A stretch of DNA of 64,000 bases, taken from Patescibacteria group bacterium (lineage in GTDB: Bacteria; Patescibacteriota; Minisyncoccia; 2-02-FULL-40-12; GWA2-44-9). A model generated the notes under the pieces. It searched no databases, was not told the DNA's origin, and worked only from the letters and a program-made list of their open reading frames with translations. Shown in pieces: positions 57,227 to 64,000 of the stretch. Position numbers and translations under genes: made by a program. The DNA lies in contig JBBTSY010000009.1 in assembly GCA_038064515.1 (NCBI GenBank), positions 2,155 through 66,154 on the forward strand. The letters are read 5' to 3'. Position 1 is the stretch's first letter. Every line of letters begins with the position of its first letter.

Positions 57227-58938
57227 TGTAGTGTCGGGGGGATATTATAATATTGGAGCATGAATTGAGCTATTTCTTTAAATGTCGGCGAAAGGCTATC
57301 TGCCGCGAAGGTGATGCCCTGTGGTTTATCAATTTTAATCATGATCGTAAAGCGCGCATCGTGAGCGGGAGCGAAGCCGACGAAATTATGGATATATTGA
57401 TTCTCTAGATATCCGCCTTTACCGTCTGCGATCTGCGCCGTACCTGTTTTACCGGCTATATCATACCCGGTAATGCGGGCTTTATCAAAGCCGTTCTTTA
57501 CAACACTCGTGAGCATGCCTTGCAGTTTTGCGGCTGTTTTTTCAGAAAGAGGAATACCGATGATCTCCGGTTGGGTTATATCCTCTCGTCCACCCTCATG
57601 AATCACCTTATCGACGATATAGGGCCGCATGAGCTTGCCGCCATTGGCAATCATCGAATAGGCATTAGTAAGCTGGAGCGGCGTAACGGCAATACCCTGG
57701 CCGAATGAAGCGGTCAGATGGTTGATCTTGCGCCCGGAATATAGATTCGCAATATTGCCGTTAACTTCTCCGGGAAGACTGATGCCGGTTTTCTGTCCGA
57801 AGCCCATATTAATGACGTAGTTAGTGAAATTATCATCGCCTACGAGATTCTCGACATACATGGCGCCGGTGTTAATCGACTTCTCTAATACTTGAGACAT
57901 GGTTGAAGTACCGAATACATTATTACTGAAATTCTTAATTGTGTAGCCGCCAACTGTCACCGAACCGGTATCTTCATAGGTAGTTTGAGGAGTGATCTTT
58001 CCGAGATCTAATCCGGTAGCAATAGTAAATGGTTTAAATGACGAACCTGGTTCAAAGATTTCCTGAACGTTTGAATTAAGAAATGATCGAGTCTCCGCCG
58101 ATGAGTAGACGTTTGGATCAAAGGAAGGCCGGTCTGCCATCGCCAAAATCTTGCCGGTTTTCGGTTCTTGGATAATAACGCTTCCGGCTATGGCACTCCA
58201 TTTTTTCATCAGCGCATCAAGCTGCTTTTCCGCAAAACTCTGAATGGAATTATCAATCGTCAGAATCACGTCATTAGGGCGCGTAACGATTTCGGTTTTA
58301 TTTTTGCCTCCGGCAAACCATTTGGTGAATAATGAAATTTTCTCTTCTGTGGCTGGCTCATCTTTGCCGAAGAGCTCGCGGTCATAGGAGGCTTCGATGC
58401 CGTATTGCCCGGCGCGGGAATTTCCGTCATAACCTAGAAATCCCAAAACATCGGCGGCAAGACCGTTATTTGGATAGAATCGATCCATCTCGTATGAAAT
58501 GGAGATGTCTTTATTATTTAAGTTCTTTATTCGCGCTACTTGATCCGCATTGATCCGACGAGCAATCACCTTGAGATTTACACTATCGGAACGAACCGCT
58601 TTCTCAACTGTTTTTTCATCGACTTCGGTTATGGCAACAAGCGAGCGAATAATTTCATCTTTTTGCTCGGCGGGAATCTTGGAAGGCACTACTCCGATTA
58701 CGGGAAATTTTTTGTTCGTAGCGGCAAGCATTGGGACATCAATACCATTCGCGATATAGATATTGCCGCGCGCAAGAATGTTATTGATATGATCAATATT
58801 TGCTTCGGCAATGCGAGCATAAAACGAATGATTCACATACGCCAAAATAAAAAGCCGATAGAAAACAACTCCGAAAAGAAGAAGCGTGATAGCGAAAAAA
58901 AAGTGGATTCGAGAATGTCCGTCCGAGCGTGCTCGCAT
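57223..58938 (-). CDS. ftsI: penicillin-binding protein, class B transpeptidase (FtsI/PBP2)
   Basis: SxxK (GSSFKP), SxN, KTGT (AGKTGTAQ). N-terminal TM. Confidence 0.85.
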   Translation of the reverse strand: MRARSDGHSRIHFFFAITLLLFGVVFYRLFILAYVNHSFYARIAEANIDHINNILARGNIYIANGIDVPMLAATNKKFPVIGVVPSKIPAEQKDEIIRSLVAITEVDEKTVEKAVRSDSVNLKVIARRINADQVARIKNLNNKDISISYEMDRFYPNNGLAADVLGFLGYDGNSRAGQYGIEASYDRELFGKDEPATEEKISLFTKWFAGGKNKTEIVTRPNDVILTIDNSIQSFAEKQLDALMKKWSAIAGSVIIQEPKTGKILAMADRPSFDPNVYSSAETRSFLNSNVQEIFEPGSSFKPFTIATGLDLGKITPQTTYEDTGSVTVGGYTIKNFSNNVFGTSTMSQVLEKSINTGAMYVENLVGDDNFTNYVINMGFGQKTGISLPGEVNGNIANLYSGRKINHLTASFGQGIAVTPLQLTNAYSMIANGGKLMRPYIVDKVIHEGGREDITQPEIIGIPLSEKTAAKLQGMLTSVVKNGFDKARITGYDIAGKTGTAQIADGKGGYLENQYIHNFVGFAPAHDARFTIMIKIDKPQGITFAADSLSPTFKEIAQFMLQYYNIPPTLQ

Positions 58939-58940
58939 AT

Positions 58941-59045
58941 GTGTAAGTTAACCTGCCTGCCCTCGGCCCCGCTTTGGCGGAGCCTCGCCTTCGGCGGGGC
59001 GTGGCCGGCAGGCAGGCCCGCCTACCTACTTACCGGACAGGCAGG
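58941..59045. repeat. GC-rich palindrome built from CCTGCCTG/CAGGCAGG units between ftsL and ftsI
   Basis: CCTGCCTGCCctcGGCCCCGC ... GCGGGGCgtgGCCGGCAGGCAGG with an inner hairpin GGCGgagcctCGCC. About 75% GC. Confidence 0.55.
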
Positions 59046-59425
59046 TCCTGACCCGACAGATGATATGCGACATTGCCGCTTTCAAACAAATAACTGACCT
59101 CCTTCGCTTCTATCATATTATGCTCGAGCGCAAAGGAGGTTAAGACAGAAGTATTTTCGAACTGTGCTTGTTGCTGGGCGAGTTCCATGCGTGTTTCTGA
59201 AAGCGTCTGAACTTCTCTATTCAACGCTTGCGTAGTGTACTGATCTGCCGCAATTGCATTAGCTTCAATGATATAAAAGAGAAGGAGTCCTCCAGCGAGC
59301 GCAACAAGAAGCATATTCAAAATAGTTGCGGGAGCGATAGGGGTAACTGCATAGGTCTCGTGTTGTACTTGCCGATGAACGGTTTGGTTTCCACTAGCGT
59401 ACGAAAATTGATAATAAGGGCTCAC
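59030..59425 (-). CDS. ftsL: FtsL-like bitopic cell-division protein (TM plus coiled-coil)
   Basis: Position between rsmH and ftsI. TM LLVALAGGLLLFYII followed by a coiled-coil. The C-terminus runs into the GC-rich palindrome. Confidence 0.5.
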   Translation of the reverse strand: MSPYYQFSYASGNQTVHRQVQHETYAVTPIAPATILNMLLVALAGGLLLFYIIEANAIAADQYTTQALNREVQTLSETRMELAQQQAQFENTSVLTSFALEHNMIEAKEVSYLFESGNVAYHLSGQDLPVR

Positions 59426-59504
59426 GTGCGCTGGTCAAGGCATTCCTACCCAACCAGATTAAACTTTTTATTTATATTTTCTGGGCGATTTTCATTCCTG
59501 CTTC

Positions 59505-60410
59505 TTACAATTTTTCAATAATCTTCATTTTTGCGCTTCGTGCTCTTTTATTTTTTTCTACTTCGGCCCATGTGGGCTTAATAGTATCTTTTGTTACCCA
59601 TTTGATAGTTCCGGCGACAACCTGTTCCTTAAACACCGTTCGAACAGTTTTGTCTTCTAGTCCATGGAAGGAAATCACCACTAGTCGCCCGCCGGGATTT
59701 AAAATTTTGATTGCCACTTCTATCCCCTTGCGAATTGTCTCGATCTCATCGTTTACCGCCACTCGTAATGCCTGAAATGTTTTCGTGGCGCAATGAATTT
59801 TGCGATGAGTGTACCACCCGGGTACCGCGCTCTTTACAACGCTGACCAAATCAGTTGTCGTCAGAATCGGTTGTTCCTTTCTGGCCTTGATCATGGCATT
59901 GGCGATGCTCTCGGCAAATTGCTCTTCGCCATACTTCGCTAGAATTCGCACCAATTGGCCCTCATCCCACGTGTTCACGATATCGGCGGCGGTAGTCTGC
60001 TCTTTCTTGGGATTGAACCGCATATCGAGTGGCTCTTCATTTTGAAATGAGAAGCCTCTCCCGCTTGAACCGTAGTGCCATGATGACACTCCAAGATCAA
60101 AGATCACGCCATCGGGATAAAAATCGTTCTCCTTCGCAATTTGCTCCATGTTGATATAGCTATCGTTCACCAAAATCATCTTCTCGAGCAAAGCGGAATT
60201 ATCCATCCTAAATTCCTCTACCTCAACCGGATCAAATTCAATGCCGAGAACCTTTACATTAGGAAAGCGACTGATGATTTCCCGAGTATGGCCTCCACCA
60301 TCAAGTGTGGCATCTATAATCTTTTTACCCGGAGTACTATCGACGGATTTGATAGGTTCAAGCTTGAGATATTCGATCACTTCATGTAAAAGGACTGGCG
60401 TATGGGGCAT
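59505..60410 (-). CDS. rsmH: 16S rRNA m4C1402 methyltransferase RsmH (MraW)
   Basis: SAM-binding DATLDGGGH and GVSSWHYGSSGRGFSF motifs. Confidence 0.9.
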   Translation of the reverse strand: MPHTPVLLHEVIEYLKLEPIKSVDSTPGKKIIDATLDGGGHTREIISRFPNVKVLGIEFDPVEVEEFRMDNSALLEKMILVNDSYINMEQIAKENDFYPDGVIFDLGVSSWHYGSSGRGFSFQNEEPLDMRFNPKKEQTTAADIVNTWDEGQLVRILAKYGEEQFAESIANAMIKARKEQPILTTTDLVSVVKSAVPGWYTHRKIHCATKTFQALRVAVNDEIETIRKGIEVAIKILNPGGRLVVISFHGLEDKTVRTVFKEQVVAGTIKWVTKDTIKPTWAEVEKNKRARSAKMKIIEKL

Positions 60411-60415
60411 ATGTT

Positions 60416-60850
60416 CTAAATCATGCCGAGCTCCCCCAACTTTTCGGCAATACTATCTGAATCTTTTTCTAATTTTTCTTTGTAGCTGGCCCACTTTTCC
60501 GAATCCCAGACTTCTAGGCGATTATACACTCCGGTGATAACGGCATTTTTCTTTAAGCCGGCATAATTTTTTAAATATTCAGGAATAAGGATTCGCCCCA
60601 ACACATCAAATTCGACTTCTACCGCTCCGGAGAGCAATAAGCGGGCAAATGCTCGCGTTCCCTGCTGGCTCATAGGCAAATTGCCGAGCTTCTGGGCCAG
60701 CTCCTCCCACTGTTTGATTGGAAACACAAACAGACAATTATCTAACCCTCTCGTTAACACCGCTCCTTCCCCAAGCTCCTTGCGGAATTTAGAAGGAATT
60801 GCAAGACGTTTTTTGGCATCCAGGCTATGTTGATATTCGCCAATTAGCAT
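60416..60850 (-). CDS. mraZ: transcriptional regulator MraZ
   Basis: Two DxxxR repeats (LDAKKRLAIP ... VDVLGRILIP). Confidence 0.9.
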   Translation of the reverse strand: MLIGEYQHSLDAKKRLAIPSKFRKELGEGAVLTRGLDNCLFVFPIKQWEELAQKLGNLPMSQQGTRAFARLLLSGAVEVEFDVLGRILIPEYLKNYAGLKKNAVITGVYNRLEVWDSEKWASYKEKLEKDSDSIAEKLGELGMI

Positions 60851-61074
60851 ATTTCCTTCTCATTTCCGCACAAAACGTGAGGATTGTATTAACACTTCTA
60901 TCCACTTCTTAACACTCTTAGGTTTATAATATACCCCTCTCTCCCACTCTGCAACAGGCAAAAAAACCTCCAACTGTTGATAACTTTTAAGGGACCCCGT
61001 TTAAAAATTGGTCTCCTAAAGACCAGCGTCCGGTGGGGGTGGTTTTTTGAAACTCAAATGCTAGAATCGAAGCA

Positions 61075-61620
61075 ATGACAGAAATTAACTTTTTCCAACG
61101 CCCGATAGCCATTACCGACCTTGAGATGACGGGACTCGATCCTCACAGTCATGAAATTATTGAGATAGGATTGGTTGTTGTTCGGCAACCGGACCTGAAA
61201 ATTATCGATACGCTCGATATCAAAGTACGACCGGAACACATCGAAACGGCAACGCCAGAAGCGCTCAAGGTAAACGGTTACCGTGCCGAGGATTGGACCG
61301 AAGCAATTCCTCTTTCAGGGGCACTAGAGCTCTACGCTCAAAAAACAGCAGGCGCAATATTCTGTGCTCAAACAATCAATAACGATTGGCCGTTTCTAGC
61401 CGAAGGATTTTACAAAACAGGCGTGCGCCACTCCATGGACTACCATATGATTGATATCCCATCCATTGCTTGGATAAAACTAAGATTCGCAGACATCGGG
61501 AAAGTTCGCCTAAGCGCACTTTGTAAGTATTTCGATATAGTACCCGAACCGGAAATACACCGCGCAATGAACGGGGCCAAACTCGGGCACGAAGTGCTTA
61601 AGAAACTTATTGAACCCTAA
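61075..61620 (+). CDS. DEDDh 3'-5' exonuclease (DnaQ / oligoribonuclease-like)
   Basis: Exo I ITDLEMTGLD, Exo II FCAQTINNDWPFL, Exo III H-containing motif EIHRAMNGAK. Confidence 0.7.
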   Translation: MTEINFFQRPIAITDLEMTGLDPHSHEIIEIGLVVVRQPDLKIIDTLDIKVRPEHIETATPEALKVNGYRAEDWTEAIPLSGALELYAQKTAGAIFCAQTINNDWPFLAEGFYKTGVRHSMDYHMIDIPSIAWIKLRFADIGKVRLSALCKYFDIVPEPEIHRAMNGAKLGHEVLKKLIEP

Positions 61621-61635
61621 ATTGCCAATGTGAAG

Positions 61636-61707
61636 TGGACGGTACAGGATTTGAACCTGTGACCCCTGCAATGTGAATGCAGTGCTCTACCGCTGAGCTA
61701 ACCGTCC
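61636..61707 (-). tRNA. tRNA-Val (anticodon CAC)
   Basis: Minus strand: GGACGGT acceptor, D-arm TAGCTCAGCGGTAGAGCA, anticodon stem CTGCA/TGCAG with loop TTCACAT, T-arm ACAGG-TTCAAAT-CCTGT. Confidence 0.8.
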
Positions 61708-61735
61708 AAACTACTTCATTACTATACTCTACCAG

Positions 61736-62221
61736 CTAGATCTCCAGCTTATTAATGATCTTTTCGTGAGGACCTTCTAATAGTACGCGAACGAAGCGAT
61801 CAAACATGCTAAAGCGATATTCGAACTCCTCCCGCTCCATAAGACCAAATTTTATCTCCTTTCCCACTTCAGCTTCGAGCGACTGCAGAAAATTCGTGAG
61901 CTTCCTTTTATTAATATCGTCGCCCACAATAAAGAGATCTGCGACTGGTTGAGTATCGAGCGCCGAATCTTCCATAGTATTTAAAAAGATTCCCGAGACA
62001 ATGGCAAGCTTAACGCGGCCCAAGACTGAAATCTTTTTCGCCAATCTATTCCGTTCATCCGGAGAAGATTTTAAAACGAGCGAACGAAGTTCTTGAAAAA
62101 ATTCAAAATTGGGATTTAGGAGAAAAAATTCGCTGCCGCTCTTTTTAAGCGATGATGATTTTCGAGAAGTCAACCGCTTGGAGCGTACGAATTTTTTTGA
62201 TTTGGATCTTCGGGATTTCAT
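61736..62221 (-). CDS. hypothetical protein with a basic N-terminus (KSRRSKSKKF...)
   Basis: 161-aa ORF downstream of and co-oriented with a wHTH regulator gene. Confidence 0.45.
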   Translation of the reverse strand: MKSRRSKSKKFVRSKRLTSRKSSSLKKSGSEFFLLNPNFEFFQELRSLVLKSSPDERNRLAKKISVLGRVKLAIVSGIFLNTMEDSALDTQPVADLFIVGDDINKRKLTNFLQSLEAEVGKEIKFGLMEREEFEYRFSMFDRFVRVLLEGPHEKIINKLEI

Positions 62222-62223
62222 TG

Positions 62224-62424
62224 CTATGGTCTTTTTCGCGTTTTATTCACTAATCGTATCTGGCGAAGGATACTAAGTTCCTGCCGAATCGTCGTAGGTG
62301 ACTCTTGCGTGCGGTGAGCGATTTCGCCCACCGAGAAACCTCTGGGATAGTTTCGATAAAGAAATTTAATGAGCTTCACTCGAGGTTTAGATCCAAACAG
62401 GTTATCAAGTATATTTTTTGACAT
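62224..62424 (-). CDS. small winged-helix (ArsR/TrmB-like) transcriptional regulator
   Basis: FSVGEIAHRTQESPTTIRQELSILRQIRLV HTH region. Start MSKNILD with AGAGGAA SD. Confidence 0.5.
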   Translation of the reverse strand: MSKNILDNLFGSKPRVKLIKFLYRNYPRGFSVGEIAHRTQESPTTIRQELSILRQIRLVNKTRKRP

Positions 62425-62546
62425 GGATGCTGGTATTCCTCTAGAATAGGGGTAACGATTAGATACTGCCATTCGAGCTCAAACAGAGTGTAGCCAAATG
62501 GTCTAAAAAATGCAACTGCGAAGCCGCTATTTCGCCACTTTCCTTT

Positions 62547-64000
62547 ATGGAGAAAATATACATTAAACCCACGTCTCAAGAAATCATCATTAAGGGAGCT
62601 TCGACCGAGGGCCACATGGACATTTTTTCGTATGATCCTTCGGGCGAACAAACCAAAAAATTAGGACACCTTTTTCTTATTGGACATGTTCAGCACGAGA
62701 CGAACGATATGACGTACTCCATCAACCTGATCTCTGCGCTCGCCAAGCGAGAATATTACTCAACTTTCAATATCACACCAAAAGAAGCGTTCGCCGCCAC
62801 ACTCAAAAAAATAAACGAAGTTGTTGAAGAATTTTTTGAACACAAAGGGCTCAAAATTAATATCGGCATCTTCGCCATCGCTGGTGAACAGATGTACATT
62901 TCCAAACTTGGGAAATTCAAAGTACTCCTCGCGAGAGATAATAAAACCATTGATGTGCTCAATAATGCTATGTTCGATCGTCAGCATGTCCAGGAGAAAC
63001 AATTCTCCAGCATTATCTCCGGCCAAGTGAACGAAAAAGATCGTATTCTCGCGTTTTATCCATGCCGCGCAACCACTGCTCGTGAGCGCTATCTGAAGAT
63101 GTATCTCCATAAGTATGATTCGGCAGGATTTACCCAACAACTCCAAGCAATCAAAAAAGAAAAAGACGGATTCAATTGCGCCATGGTTTATGTCCAACTT
63201 GATAAAGTTAAAGAAACTACAACCACGCCACGTACTCAACCACAAGAGCTTACTATTCCCCAGCTGGCCACCACTACAGCGGGGCCCCGCCTCACGGCGG
63301 TGGTCAGCGTCACAGAAGCTAAAACAAATGCTCAAAAAACACGTAACTCTGTTAAAAAACCCGTTGACACGACAGAATCACCTGAAATAAAAGAAGTCTC
63401 TCCGGCCGTATCTCTTATCCCCGAAAAAGAACCCGTCAAGGACATTATCACAACGCCAAATCATTACCTGGAAACAAACATTGAAGTCCCCCAAATAATC
63501 CCCAGCGAGTTTTTACGGGGCAAAAAAGATAATTTCATCAGTTCTGTCGTGCATCGCTTCCAGTTTGGTCATCTTACACCGAAGAAAAAAGCAGTACTCT
63601 CCCTTATCGCTGTCGCGCTCATAGTCGGCACATCATTTGCGGTTCGAGCCGTTATCAATATTAATCCTGAAGTGAACACGTTTAATGACACCATTAAGAC
63701 CGCCCAGGAACGACTTGAACTTGCCAAGATCAGATTAAGCCAGAATGACAAAACGGGTGCTCGAGGCATAATCAACAGCTCAATTGCTTCGCTCACCGCA
63801 TTAGCATCGGATGGAACGGAGTCAGTCGAGATTGAACTGCGGCAGTTGCTCGATGAGATTGATCAAGCTCAAGATGCTTCCACCTCCCTGGTAATCCAGC
63901 TCCCGCAGGATCAAGGCCGCGCTATACTTCTTTCTAGCGGCAAAAATATGTTTGCTTACCTTAGGGGAACCGAAGACGGCGTTGGCCACCTGCTAACTAT
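62547..64000 (+). CDS. hypothetical membrane protein, 3'-partial (runs off the window end). N-terminal cytoplasmic domain, Thr/Pro-rich linker, one TM (VLSLIAVALIVGTSFAV), extracytoplasmic domain
   Basis: My own translation gave an uninterrupted ORF of at least 484 codons from the ATG at 62547 to position 64000. It is absent from the ORF track, apparently because it has no stop within the window. Confidence 0.55.
   Translation, partial: MEKIYIKPTSQEIIIKGASTEGHMDIFSYDPSGEQTKKLGHLFLIGHVQHETNDMTYSINLISALAKREYYSTFNITPKEAFAATLKKINEVVEEFFEHKGLKINIGIFAIAGEQMYISKLGKFKVLLARDNKTIDVLNNAMFDRQHVQEKQFSSIISGQVNEKDRILAFYPCRATTARERYLKMYLHKYDSAGFTQQLQAIKKEKDGFNCAMVYVQLDKVKETTTTPRTQPQELTIPQLATTTAGPRLTAVVSVTEAKTNAQKTRNSVKKPVDTTESPEIKEVSPAVSLIPEKEPVKDIITTPNHYLETNIEVPQIIPSEFLRGKKDNFISSVVHRFQFGHLTPKKKAVLSLIAVALIVGTSFAVRAVININPEVNTFNDTIKTAQERLELAKIRLSQNDKTGARGIINSSIASLTALASDGTESVEIELRQLLDEIDQAQDASTSLVIQLPQDQGRAILLSSGKNMFAYLRGTEDGVGHLLT

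Noticed and set aside
60851-61074. Possible MraZ operator (GTGGG repeats) upstream of mraZ
   Set aside because: Only GTGGGGGTGG and a distant CCCAC were seen. The regular 10-bp spaced triple repeat expected for MraZ boxes could not be confirmed by eye.
62760-63335. 191-aa minus-strand ORF
   Set aside because: Antisense to the much longer uninterrupted plus-strand ORF (62547 to the window end).
1-64000. CRISPR arrays, rRNA genes, transposases, integrases and prophage structural genes
   Set aside because: No regularly spaced direct repeats with unique spacers, no rRNA-like conserved blocks, and no DDE or tyrosine-recombinase motifs were seen in any ORF.

Overview
The window is AT-rich (about 40% GC), gene-dense bacterial DNA with Candidate Phyla Radiation / Patescibacteria-like hallmarks, on the basis of domain-reduced housekeeping proteins (listed below).

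**Housekeeping content**
- A ribosomal-protein/RpoA block (infA-rpmJ-rpsM-rpsK-rpsD-rpoA-rplQ-rplM-rpsI), plus rplI, rpmA and rplU.
- The hrcA-grpE-dnaK-(membrane protein)-dnaJ heat-shock operon, with a perfect CIRCE operator.
- A dcw cluster: mraZ-rsmH-ftsL-ftsI-murF.
- A cell-envelope glycopolymer cluster: three GT2 and two GT4 glycosyltransferases, a Wzy/O-antigen-ligase-like protein, an LCP ligase, and downstream CtpA (S41) and M23 peptidases.
- Translation, replication and repair genes: alaS, gltX, cysS, def, fmt, efp, dus, dnaB, recR, priA, a UvrD-type helicase fused to a RecB/Cas4-like nuclease, a PD-(D/E)xK nuclease with a PolB-like 3'-5' exonuclease, NDH-2, NRAMP and a Znu-like ABC transporter.
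- Three tRNAs: His-GTG, Glu-CTC and Val-CAC.
- Domain-reduced proteins: AlaRS lacks the C-Ala domain, RpoA lacks the alpha-CTD, DnaJ lacks its C-terminal domain, MurF lacks its N-terminal domain, and L13 is short.

**Unusual structure not explained by ordinary genes**
1. Three copies of a ~140-nt element with 19-21 bp terminal inverted repeats (TCCTCACACTCACTGACGAG / CTCGTCAGTGAGTGTGAGGA). Each is flanked by ATGAA and sits directly against the start codon of an envelope gene (GT4, LCP, M23 peptidase).
2. At least seven small high-GC (55-62%) single-gene islets. Each has a near-consensus TTGAC(A/T)-N17-TAnnAT promoter, a structured leader, a strong GGAGG-type RBS and an intrinsic terminator. 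They include a DksA/TraR zinc-finger gene next to tRNA-His and a 37-aa hydrophobic peptide.
3. A family of GC-rich palindromic intergenic elements (core CTCTCGGAGCGCGACGGCGCGAG ... GACGCGT) upstream of priA, dnaK and rplU, and an unrelated CCTGCCTG palindrome between ftsL and ftsI.
4. A PriA homolog with obliterated Walker A and DExH motifs, an EF-P with a non-canonical modification loop, and a 52-nt duplication of the recR 3' end.

No CRISPR array, rRNA or obvious transposase or integrase is present.
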